Origin: Mobula hypostoma
Taxonomy: Eukaryota
Assembly: GCF_963921235.1 (NCBI RefSeq)
Contig: NC_086097.1
Location: forward strand, 79,734,001 to 79,798,000
DNA: 64,000 bases
Direction: 5' to 3'
Part shown: piece by piece, positions 1 through 9,539 of the stretch
Layout of the letters: each line of letters opens with the position of its first letter
Position numbering within the stretch: the first letter of the stretch is position 1
The notes under the pieces: generated by a model
Seen by the model: only the letters and a program-made list of their open reading frames with translations
What the model was told of the DNA's origin: nothing
The model's database searches: none
Program-made: the position numbers and the translations under genes

Positions 1-1
1 A

Positions 2-523
2 CCCGACATCTCTTCCTATTATCCAGGTGTCCAAGGGTTTCTCTCCTTGAAGATGAGTTATGTCCCCAGCTTTGATTTCAGTGGTGTCCCAAACATCCCT
101 CAGAATACATCGCTCTGTGCTGTTGTTACTCAGAGTACCTGGCTGGTTCACTGTAATGGTCAAACGTATTTCAGGATCGCCACAGGAACTAAGAATGCTA
201 TTCACCGTCACAACTTCGAACTGACCCTTGTGAAAGCTTATACCATCATCTGAACACTTCCTCCTTGGGCAGCTCATTTTTGCTGCTCTGTCGAAACCTT
301 GTAGCTTGATCCCCATCTTCGTTTCTTGTGAGTTTTCTGATAATGTAACTTCTGCAAGCATTGTTTTGTTTAATATTTTGGAATGTAGTTCATGCTGATA
401 TGTTTCTGTCTCCAAAAGTGTGACAGCCGTTTCTTTGTTGCCTGTATAATCAGCCTGTGTCTCTTCATAGTTTTTACGTTTTGAATTTATGCAGTGAGGT
501 ATAGTATTCCCTTTGCACAGTTC
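2..523 (-). pseudogene. DNA2: DNA2-like N-terminal (OB-fold region) coding fragment, open frame running off the window start
   Basis: Manual translation 523->2 is stop-free and ends ...GQFEVVTVNSILSSCGDPEIRLTITVNQPGTLSNNSTERCILRDVWDTTEIKAGDITHLQGEKPLDTWIIGRDVG. This aligns by eye to vertebrate DNA2 as I recall it (YLVLAVNTV...[53 protein letters not shown]). Absent from the ORF track because no stop codon falls inside the window. Confidence 0.75.
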
Positions 524-1536
524 TCATTGATGTTTTGCAGGTATGTCAGGAGTTTTCAGGAGATCCAGCTTTGAGGGTGTTTGCAGCTTCTGTAGCCAAA
601 CTTTATTCACTGGCATTGTGGACTGAATCCATTCGCTCTCCCTTTTACTGTAGCCATCATATTGTGTTTTAGTTACTCAAGTCAATGCAGAATCACAACT
701 TTTATTCTGTATATGTATATATTGTTTTGTATCTAATCTCTGAAAAGGATTCCTTAATGGATTTATATGCGTGGGCAATTGTATGTTCCCCATATTGTTC
801 TTTCTAGTCAAACAAAACTTTGCATCTGTCTGTACAGTAGCTGGAGATGGGAACACCTTCAAAGTACTATTTATACACTGTCTTGTCTTCATATTTTTCA
901 GCTTCCCATTCTCAGCTCTCTTCACAGCGCTGCATAGCTGAAACCCAGAAACAGTCTGCTTAATAGCCGTTAGACACTCTTCTAGAAGACTATCGGAGGA
1001 AGCCTCTGTGTTTGCAATGTGTTAAACCTTTCTCTTTAACCAGGGTTCCTCTCCATTTCTTTGACTTCAGTGCCCCATTGGGACTAGTAAATCTTTTCCC
1101 AGGCAGCTTAATGGAACAAAGTGTCTCACAATCTTTCAATAGACTTTGCCTCTTTTTGTTCTCAGTAAACTTATATTGTGGAACCGGTTTCTCATTTTCT
1201 ATATCTGAACAGCTCAAAAAAATGCTGAGATTCAGCTATTATATTTTCCTTTGATTGGCTAAAACTATAACGGCGGACTGGTATCATAGTGGGTACTGCA
1301 ATCTCATTCATTTGTGTTTCAGGAACAGTAAAAATTTCTACATTATTCACTGGACATTCAGGGACTGCTTCACTGACATCGGAAGTGTCTGGAATACTTG
1401 ATTTCAGAAAATTCTCTTCATTGCTGCTTTCCAATTGACTTAAGTCCACGGGGAAAGTTTTTATCCCTTTTGTTTCATCAATTCCATGTACAAATGAAAT
1501 TTCCTCGGTTTCTTTTCCACCAATGATGAATTTCCT
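524..1536 (-). pseudogene. Decayed upstream extension of the DNA2-like frame (S/T/E/K-rich, probably disordered)
   Basis: ORF 677..925 is in the same frame as 523->2, separated only by single stops at 677 and 524. ORFs 990..1217 and 1192..1449 (open back to 1536) tile upstream via frameshifts. The region begins about 20 nt after the ERV integrase stop. Confidence 0.5.
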
Positions 1537-1555
1537 TTAATTCCAGAGAGTCCGT

Positions 1556-2823
1556 CTACTCAGTTCCTTCAGTAACACGTTTGCAGTCTGTTTGATGTAT
1601 CCACCGAGATTGCCCCCTCAGTTTCACAGCTGCGGGAGTGGTCAGTAACACCTGATACAGTCCTCTCCACCGAGGTCAGAGTTTCCCTCGATCCCAGTTC
1701 TTGATCAGGGCAAAATTTCCAGGCTCAACTGTGGAATAGTCACCTTTGGGGTGGGTTTTGTTTTCCCAATAGGCCTGCCGCACCCGTGAATGCAAGCTTT
1801 GGAGAGTTTTAGTTAACTTGCAGAAGTATTTTCCCATCTCCTCCCCCAAGGTATGCATATCTAATTTTGCAGGTAAGCTCTCAGGGAGGAGCGGCAAACA
1901 AGGTCGGGGTCCCCATGGGGTTCCAAAGGCTTCCTGTAGATAATTTCTGCAGGTGAAAACCCCGTCTTACTTGATGGCGTGATTCTCATATGGAATAGGG
2001 CTAAGGGTAAAACCTTCCACCAGGTCAATCCAGTTCCTTGTGTAAGTTTGGCCAACTTATCCTTCAAAATACCATTGACTCGTTCCACTATGCCACTGCT
2101 TTTGGATGATGGGTGCAGTAGAACTGCTGTTTTATAGCATGTTCTTTACAGACTTCCTCATTTATTTTGGCAACAAAATGTGGCCCATTGTCCGAGCTTA
2201 TCATTTCTGGAAGTCCATAGCGAGGAATTATTTCTTTTAGCAATATTTTCACAACAGTCATAGCAGCATTGTTAGTTGTAGGTACAGCTTCAATCCATCT
2301 GCTAAATACATCTACTATCACTGAACAATATTTATAACAATGTACTGTAGGTAGTTCTATAAAATCAAGTTGCAAACAAGAAAAAAGTCCATCAGGCAAT
2401 GGGGTAGTTCCGGAACCACAAGGCATCCCCTTTCCAACATTCACTTTCTTACAAATTAAGTATGCTTTGGCTCGTTTTTCAGCTGCTTTCTGGAAATCAG
2501 GGTGCCACCAAGATTGTAACAATATATTAACCATTCCCTCCTTGTCCAGGTGTGTACAATTATGTACATAATCTATCAAAATAAGTAAGAACACAGAGGG
2601 AACACAGACCTGTCCCACAGCGGTCACCCATAACTTGGTCTGAGGTTCAAGGTGGCAACCTATTTGGGACTATAGTTTGCGCTCTCCTTCAGGGGCGTCC
2701 CCCTGGAAGTTACGTATTTCCCCCATATCCGGCATAGCTGTCCATGGGTCACGTCTAATAGAGGCCTGCTTATTTCCTGAGGGGATCAAAAGTGTGCAGT
2801 TCAAGGCTGTCTGTTTGGCCGCC
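1556..2823 (-). mobile_element. pol: Endogenous retrovirus pol remnant (RNase H tail + integrase), class I gamma/epsilon-like
   Basis: AAKQTA (RNase H end); decayed HHCC; LQLDFIELP...IVDVFSRWIEAVPT...IIPRYGLPEMISSDNGPHF; ERVNGILKDKLAK; C-terminus [34 protein letters not shown] with stop at 1556-1558. Frameshifts and stops present; 5'-truncated near 2823. Confidence 0.9.
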
Positions 2824-3039
2824 AGGATGTATGAGGATGTGTGAGACCCATGTCTAAGTCAGGACCCATGAGAACTCAACCCCTATTACAGTCTGTGAGT
2901 CATTAATCTAAGCAAGCTGCAGGCAGATTCCTCAGTGAAGGACAAGCAGAAATTTGTACACTAGCCAGCACAGAGCACACATAAGCTTGCGCTTAATTTT
3001 AACCCGTTATTTACAAGAGTCCAAGAATCATTTCTTACG

Positions 3040-3790
3040 TCCCCAATACCCTTAAAACTTCATCAGGATCACTCAAGGATAAAGGAGGGAACATGAGCTT
3101 AGAAGAAGAAGACGTGGTACAGGTTGTAAATGGGTACTCAGCATCAATATTTACCAAGGAGAAGAATGTTGAGGTCAGGGAGATTAGTGTGGAACAACTA
3201 GTATGTGAGGACATTTTGAGATAGAGATGAAAGTAGTAATGAGTCTCATAGAAAATTAAGGTGGATAAGTCATTGGGGCTGATAGGATGTGACCCTGTTT
3301 ATTGAAGGAAGCAAGAGATGAGATTGTTGGAGCCTTGGGGAAAATCTTTGTGTATTCTCTTGCCACAGGTAATGTCCTGAAGGCCTGGTGGGTAGCTAAT
3401 GTTGTTCCATTGTCCAAGGAGACAAACAGGGATAATCCTGGAAATAATAGACTCGTGAGTATCATATCAGTGGTAGAGAAACTACTGGAGAAGTTCCTTA
3501 GGGATAGGATTTATGAGTATCTGGAAAACCATTGCCTAATTAGTGACATCGGTATAGTCACATCTCACTAATTTGATTGAGATTTTTGAGGAGGTGGCAA
3601 CGATGACTGAAGTAAGTAAAGCTGTGGATGTTGAACATGTGGACTCTAGTAAAGCATTTGACAAGGCCCCTCATGGGAGGCTCATCCAGAATATTAAGCG
3701 GCATGGAAATACGATGAGCTGGCCAGACAGAACGGGCTTGCCCACAGAAGATGAAGGATAGTGTTCGATCAGATTTATTCTGACTGACAG
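3040..3790 (+). mobile_element. CR1 LINE ORF2 fragment (decayed)
   Basis: WWVANVVPLSKETNRDNPGNNRLVS; VDVEHVDSSKAFDKAPH. Confidence 0.85.
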
Positions 3791-3809
3791 CCTGTGACTT
3801 GTAGCATTC

Positions 3810-4083
3810 CGCAAAGCCAAGAAAAGGAAAGCCTTTTGTGTATGGCAGAATGACATCAGCAGCAAGACCAAAAGAGATGCTTACTCTAGAGATAAGGGAA
3901 AAGCCCAGCATCGGATGAGAGAGCTAAAGAATTCTTGGTGGACTGAGAAAGCCCAGGGAATACAGAGACTCACAGAACTCTGGTGACATAACAGGCTTCT
4001 TCAGTGCCATCAAAGCAGTCTATGGTACAAGATACTGTGGATTAAACCTCCTACCCTCAAAGGATGGGAAGAACTTTTTAAAG
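3810..4083 (+). mobile_element. RTE-clade LINE, piece 1 (continues near 17403)
   Basis: WWTEKAQGIQ...GFFSAIKAVYG...PSKDGK linker peptide; colinear with RTE pieces at 17403 and 19304. Confidence 0.65.
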
Positions 4084-5035
4084 ACCATAAGACATAGGAG
4101 CAGAATTAGGTCAATCAGCCCTTTGGGTCTGCTCTGCTATTCCATCATGGCTGATTTATTATCCCTCTCAAACCCATTTTCCTGCATTCTCCCTGTAACC
4201 TTTGATGACCTGATTAATCAAAAAGCTATAAACCTCCACAGCAGTCTGTGGCAATGAATTCCACAGATTTACCACACACTGCCTAAGAAGTATTTTCCAC
4301 ATCCCTGTTCTAATTGAATGTCCCTCCATTCTGAGGTCATGCCCTCTGGTCCTAGACTCTCCCACTATTGGAAACATCCTCTCCACATTTACTCTATATA
4401 GGCTTTTCAAAATTCAATACGTTTCAATGACATACCCACTACATTCATCTAAACTCCAGTGAGTACAGGCCCAGAGTAATCAAATGCCCCTCATATGTTA
4501 ATCCAGTCATTTCTCGGATTATTCTTGTGAACTTCCTCTGGACCCTCTCTAATGTCAGCACATCTTTTCTTAGATAAAGGGCCCAAAACTGCTCACAATA
4601 CTCCAAGTGCAGAAACCAATGCCTATTAAAACCTCAGCATGCATCCTTGCTTTTGTATTCTCTCCTCTCAGAATGAATTGCATTTGCGTTCCTCACCATG
4701 GACTCAACCTGCAAGTTAATCTTTAGGGAGTCCTGATGAGGACTCCCAAGTATACTTGCACCTCTGATTTTTGAACTTTATTTCCTTATTTATAGTTCAC
4801 AACTTTATTCTTTCTACCAAAGTGCATGACCATGCACTTTCCTGAACTATATTCCATCTGCTGCTTCTATGCCCATTCTCCCAATCTGTCTAAGTGCTTC
4901 AACACCACCTGCCCCTTCACCTAGTTTCATATCATCAAACTTGGCCACAAAGCCATCATTTCCTTCATTTAAGCAACACACATCAAAGTTGCTGGTGAAC
5001 GCAGCAGGCCAGGCAGCATCTGTAGGAAGAGGTGC

Positions 5036-5071
5036 AGTCAACGTTTCAGGCTGAGACCCTTCGTCAGGACT
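5036..5071 (-). ncRNA. Minimal hammerhead ribozyme motif, opposite arm
   Basis: Minus strand AGTC-CTGACGA-AGG(GTCTCAG)CCT-GAAA-C-GTT/GACT (GUU triplet). Confidence 0.7.
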
Positions 5072-5135
5072 AACTGAAGGAAGAGTGAGTAAGGGATAAA
5101 AGGGATAAAATCCCTTACTCACTCTTCCTTCAGTT

Positions 5136-5171
5136 AGTCCTGACGAAGGGTCTCGGCCTGAAACGTCGACT
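5136..5171 (+). ncRNA. Minimal type I hammerhead ribozyme motif (PLE-associated)
   Basis: AGTC-CTGACGA-AGG(GTCTCGG)CCT-GAAA-C-GTC/GACT: conserved cores CUGANGA and GAAA, stem I AGTC/GACT, stem II AGG/CCT, GUC triplet, palindromic ACGT in place of stem III. Confidence 0.8.
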
Positions 5172-5501
5172 GCACCTCTTCCTACAGATGCTGCCTGGCC
5201 TGCTGCGTTCACCAGCAACTTTGATGTGTGTTGCTTGAATTTCCAGCATCTGTAGAATTCCTGTTTGCGTTTAAATTTCCTTCATTCAAATCACTAAGAT
5301 ATAACATGAAAAGAAGCGGTTCCAATACTGATTTCTGCGGAATACTACTAGTCACCTTTATTCCTTCTCTTTGCCTCCTGCCAGTCAGCCATCTATCCAT
5401 GCTGGTATCTTTCCTGTAATACCATGGACTCTTTTCTTGTTAAGCAGCATTGTGAGTGGTATCTTGCAAAGGCCTTCTGAAAATCCAAATAAACAACATA
5501 C

Positions 5502-5788
5502 TGTAGCGATGTGCTACACACAGCGCTAGAATAACCACACGGAGTTGGTGAGTTAGGGTTGCGATGAAAGAGATTTATTCAAACTTCGCGGCCCGCTTTA
5601 AAGCCTTCCCGTTCCCGCCCTCCCTGGGCGGGACTACTGTGGGGAATGCATATTCCCAGACCCTTTCTGCGCGCGGGATTTTCCCCCTGCTGGTGAAGAT
5701 GGCCTGGCGCCCTTTTTGCTGCCGGCCCTCTGCCTGCGCGCGCTGTTTCGTGAACCGGTTCGTGGGTGCCAGAAAGTGGGTCGCCACA
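5502..5788 (-). repeat. 3' LTR (287 bp)
   Basis: Direct repeat of 12808-13094 with 4 substitutions seen (all A/G); AATAAA on minus strand at 5574-5579. Confidence 0.97.
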
Positions 5789-5804
5789 TAACCCCCCCCC
5801 AGAA
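5789..5804 (-). promoter_or_regulatory. Polypurine tract
   Basis: Minus-strand G9 run a few nt before the 3' LTR. Confidence 0.8.
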
Positions 5805-6323
5805 CCGGCGATACCTCCCCCAATGTCCACAGTCTGGATCGGCCTCTGTTTGGGAGGTCTGCCCCTGCGCCGCGGTGCCTGAGCCTGGACCGGTTGCGCC
5901 AAGTCCACATGGGCTGGTTTGAGTCAGTCCACCGTGAAAACCTCCTCTCTCCCCGCAATGTCCAGCACGAATGTGGACCCGTTGATCCTGATCACCTTAA
6001 ACGGCTCCTCGTAGGGCCGCTGTAGCGGTGCCCGGTGTCCGCCCCTTCGTACAAAAAGAAACTTACAGTTCTGCAGGTCTTTGGGTACGCAGGTCGGGCT
6101 CTGTCCGTGCTGTGAAGTGGGTATGGGGGCCAGGTTACCGAGCCTTTCCCGTAGTCTGTCCAGGACTGCTGTGGGTTCTTCCTCTTGCCCCCTTGGGGCT
6201 GGTATGAACTCTCCTGGGATGACCAGGGCCACGCCGTACACCAACTCGGCCGACGAGGTGTGTAGATCCTCTTTGGGTGCCGTGCGGATTCCGAGCAGGA
6301 CCCAGGGAAGTTCGTCCACCCAG
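5805..6323 (-). pseudogene. Gypsy integrase C-terminal part (frameshifted off pol; GPY/F-like module, AT-hook tail)
   Basis: WVDELPWVLLGIRTAPKED...PLQRPYEEPFKVI...FTVD*LKPAH...PRRRGRPPK. Confidence 0.85.
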
Positions 6324-8873
6324 TTAAGGCCCCTCCAGGCAGGCCATGAGAGCCGATTTCAGGTGACGGTGGAAGCGCTCCACTAGTCCGTTCGACTGTG
6401 GGTGGTAGGCAGTTGTGTGGTGTAGCTGTGTTCCTAAAAGTCTGGCCATAGCCGACCACAGGCTGGAGGTGAACTGGGCGCCCCTGTCGGAGGTAATGTG
6501 GGCTGGTACCCCAAAGCGTGCTACCCAGGTTGCGATCAGTGCTCGGGCGCAGGATTTGGAGGTGGTGTCGCTGAGCGGGACTGCCTCTGGCCATCTGGTG
6601 AACCGGTCTATCATAGTTAGGAGGTACCGTGCTCCTCGTGACACTGGCAGGGGCCCCACGATATCCACATGAATGTGGTTGAACCTCTGGCGGGTGGGTT
6701 CGAACCGCTGCGGTGGAGCCTTGGTGTGCCGCTGCACCTTGGCCGTTTGGCACTGCATACACGTTTTGGCCCATTCACTGACCTGTTTACGAAGTCCATG
6801 CCACACGAACCTGTTGGAGACCAGCCGGATAGTTGTCCTGATGGAGGGGTGCGCTAAGTTGTGAATGGATTCAAACACCCGCCGGCGCCAGGCTGCTGGG
6901 ACGACAGGGCGGGGTTGGCCGGTAGCTACGTCACACAGTAGGGTCCTCTCACCTGGGCCTACGGGGAGGTCTTGGAGCTGCAAACCGGAGACTGCAGTCC
7001 TGTAACTGGGGATCTCAGCGTCTGCCTGCTGTGCCTCTGCCAGCGCTGCATAGTCCACCCCCTGGGACAGGGCCTGTATGGTAGGTCTGGAAAGTGCGTC
7101 TGCCACGACATTCTTTCCAGAGACATGCTGGATGTGCGTCGTGTACTCGGAGATGTAGGACAGATGTCGCTGCTGGCGGGACGACCAGGGGTCGGACACC
7201 TTAGTGAACGCAAAGGTAAGCGGTTTGTGGTCAGTGAACGCGGTGAAGGGCCTACCTTCTAAGAAGTACCTGAAATGCCGGATTGCCAGGTAAAGTGCCA
7301 ATAGCTCCCGGTCGAAAGCACTGTATTTGAGTTCGGGTGGTCGTAGGTGTTTGCTGAAGAACGCCAGGGGTTGCCAGCGACCCTCGATGAGTTGTTCCAG
7401 CACTCCACCGACTGCTGTGTTGGATGCGTCCACCGTGAGGGCAGTAGGAACGTCCGTTCTGGGGTGCACTAGCATCGCGGCGTTTGCCAAGGCTTCTTTG
7501 GTTTTAACGAAAGCGGTTGCGGCCTCTTCGTTCCAGGTAATGTCCTTGCCCTTACCCGACATTAGAGTGAACAAGGGGAGCATGGTTCGGGCTGCTGAGG
7601 GGAGGAAACGGTGGTAGAAATTCACCATACCTACGAATTCCTGCAAGCCTTTGATTGTGTTGGGTCGGGGGAAGTGGCGGACCGCGTCTACCTTGGCGGG
7701 CAGCGGGGTTGCCCCGTCTTTAGTAATCCTGTGGCCCAGGAAGTCAATGGTGTTGAGTCCGAACTGGCATTTGGCTGGATTGATTGTAAGGCCGAATTCA
7801 CTCAGGCGGGAGTAGAGCTGGCGGAGGTGGGACAGATGCTCCTGCCGACTACTGCTGGCTATGAGGATGTCGTCCAAATAGATGAATGCAAAGTCCAGGT
7901 CGCGTCCCACCGCGTCCATTAGCCGCTGGAAAGTCTGTGCGGCATTCCTTAGACCAAACGGCATTCGGAGGAATTCGAAACGTCCGAACGGGGTGATAAG
8001 TGCTGTTTTGGGGATGTCGTCCGGATGTACAGGGATTTGATGGTATCCCCGGACGAGGTCTACCTTGGAAAAGATCCTTGCGCCGTGTAGGTTTGCTGCG
8101 AAGTCTTGAATGTGCGGCACAGGGTAGCGGTCTGGCGTTGTAGCCTCGTTCAGTCTGCGGTAGTCACCGCATGGTCTCCAGCCCCCCGTTGCCTTGGGCA
8201 CCATGTGAAGAGGGGAGGCCCATGGGCTGTTGGACCGTCGTATGATCCCTAATTCCTCCATCTTCTTGAACTCCTCCTTCGCCAGTCGGAGCTTGTCCGG
8301 GGGAAGCCTTCGAGCACGGGCGTGGAGGGGTGGTCCCTGGGTCGGGATGTGGTGCTGTACTCCGTGTCTGGGCATGGCTGCCGTGAACTGCGGTGTCAGT
8401 ACTGATGGGAAATCCGCCAGGACCCTGGTGAATTTATCGTCGGACAGCGTGATGGAGTCCAGGTGTGGGGCTGGCAACTGTGCTTCACCCAGGGAGAACG
8501 TTTGAAAAGTCTTGGCGTGGACTAATCGCTTCCCTTGCAAGTTGACCAGCAGGCTGTGGGCTCGTAGAAAATCTGCCCCCAGCAGTGGTTGGGCCACGGC
8601 GGCCAGTGTGAAGTCCCACGTGAACCGGCTGGAGCTGAACTGTAGCCGCACCATGTGGGTGCCGTAGGTTCGTATTGTGCTGCCATTAGCGGCCCTCAGG
8701 GTGGGTCCCGGTTCTCTGTTGCGGGTGTCGTAACTCATTGGAGGTAAGACGCTGATCTCCGCTCCGGTGTCGACCAAAAAGCGGCATCCCGACTGCTTGT
8801 CCCAGACGTACAGGAGGCTGTCCTGATGGCCAGCCGCCGTAGCCATCAGCGGCGGCTGGCTCTGGCGTTTCCC
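6324..8873 (-). CDS. pol: Gypsy Pol copy A (protease, RT, RNase H, integrase core), truncated by a frameshift in integrase
   Basis: [20 protein letters not shown]...[57 protein letters not shown]. Confidence 0.95.
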   Translation of the reverse strand, partial: GKRQSQPPLMATAAGHQDSLLYVWDKQSGCRFLVDTGAEISVLPPMSYDTRNREPGPTLRAANGSTIRTYGTHMVRLQFSSSRFTWDFTLAAVAQPLLGADFLRAHSLLVNLQGKRLVHAKTFQTFSLGEAQLPAPHLDSITLSDDKFTRVLADFPSVLTPQFTAAMPRHGVQHHIPTQGPPLHARARRLPPDKLRLAKEEFKKMEELGIIRRSNSPWASPLHMVPKATGGWRPCGDYRRLNEATTPDRYPVPHIQDFAANLHGARIFSKVDLVRGYHQIPVHPDDIPKTALITPFGRFEFLRMPFGLRNAAQTFQRLMDAVGRDLDFAFIYLDDILIASSSRQEHLSHLRQLYSRLSEFGLTINPAKCQFGLNTIDFLGHRITKDGATPLPAKVDAVRHFPRPNTIKGLQEFVGMVNFYHRFLPSAARTMLPLFTLMSGKGKDITWNEEAATAFVKTKEALANAAMLVHPRTDVPTALTVDASNTAVGGVLEQLIEGRWQPLAFFSKHLRPPELKYSAFDRELLALYLAIRHFRYFLEGRPFTAFTDHKPLTFAFTKVSDPWSSRQQRHLSYISEYTTHIQHVSGKNVVADALSRPTIQALSQGVDYAALAEAQQADAEIPSYRTAVSGLQLQDLPVGPGERTLLCDVATGQPRPVVPAAWRRRVFESIHNLAHPSIRTTIRLVSNRFVWHGLRKQVSEWAKTCMQCQTAKVQRHTKAPPQRFEPTRQRFNHIHVDIVGPLPVSRGARYLLTMIDRFTRWPEAVPLSDTTSKSCARALIATWVARFGVPAHITSDRGAQFTSSLWSAMARLLGTQLHHTTAYHPQSNGLVERFHRHLKSALMACLEGP

Positions 8874-9347
8874 GGGAATTTGCAGGGCGGTCTGCAGCGG
8901 CGGGCCTCCGTGCCCCACCGCTGGTGGTAGAAACACCATTGTTCATCGGGCTCCTCACTCCCGTCGCCGGGTTTTGTAGGCTCTGCTGCCGGGCCTGGTC
9001 TGGTCTGTTGTTGGGCATGCGGCTTGGTGATCTGTGCGACGGATGCCCCTCTCTCTTTCCTGGCACTCCACAGCACATCTGCTCGGGCCGCCACCTCCCG
9101 GGGGTTGCTGAAATCTGCGTCGGACAGCAGCAGGCATATGTCCTCGGGCAGTTGCTCTAGGAACGCCTGCTCAAACATGAGGCAGGGTTTGTGTCCTTCA
9201 GCCAGGGCCAGTATCTCGTTCATTAATGCTGACGGCGGCCTGTCTCCCAAACCATCCAGGTGCATTAAGCGCCGTGCTCATTCGCGCCGTGAGAGTCCGA
9301 AAGTCCTTATGAGCAGGGCTTTGAATGCTGTGTATTTGCCGTCCTCC
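8846..9347 (-). pseudogene. gag: Gypsy gag, duplicated 3' part (copy A)
   Basis: EDGKYTAFKALL...RRE*...[14 protein letters not shown]...[30 protein letters not shown]. Confidence 0.9.
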
Positions 9348-9539
9348 AGGTTACCGAGCCTTTCCCGTAGTCTGTCCAGGACTGCTGTGGGTTCTTCCTC
9401 TTGCCCCCTTGGGGCTGGTATGAACTCTCCTGGGATGACCAGGGCCACGCCGTACACCAACTCGGCCGACGAGGTGTGTAGATCCTCTTTGGGTGCCGTG
9501 CGGATTCCGAGCAGGACCCAGGGAAGTTCGTCCACCCAG

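Larger units (their letters stand above)
4970..5274. mobile_element. Palindromic (fold-back) Penelope-like terminal-repeat insertion
   Basis: Inverted arms about 4971-5097 / 5110-5236; flanked by 12-bp direct repeat ATTTCCTTCATT (4958-4969, 5275-5286); arms match the PLE 3' terminus at about 53995-54137. Confidence 0.85.
4084..5501 (-). mobile_element. CR1 LINE 3' part (host of the PLE palindrome and the Gypsy insertion)
   Basis: CR1 3' end motif accataagacataggagcagaattagg on +; ESRTRGHDLR...VVNLWNSLPQ; IPQKSVLEPLLFMLY; continues after the Gypsy TSD at 13095. Confidence 0.85.

Noticed and set aside
2..1550. Retroviral env as the identity of the post-pol ORF
   Set aside because: No signal peptide, CXXC, fusion-peptide or transmembrane pattern visible; the distal part fits DNA2 instead. 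env may lie outside the window.
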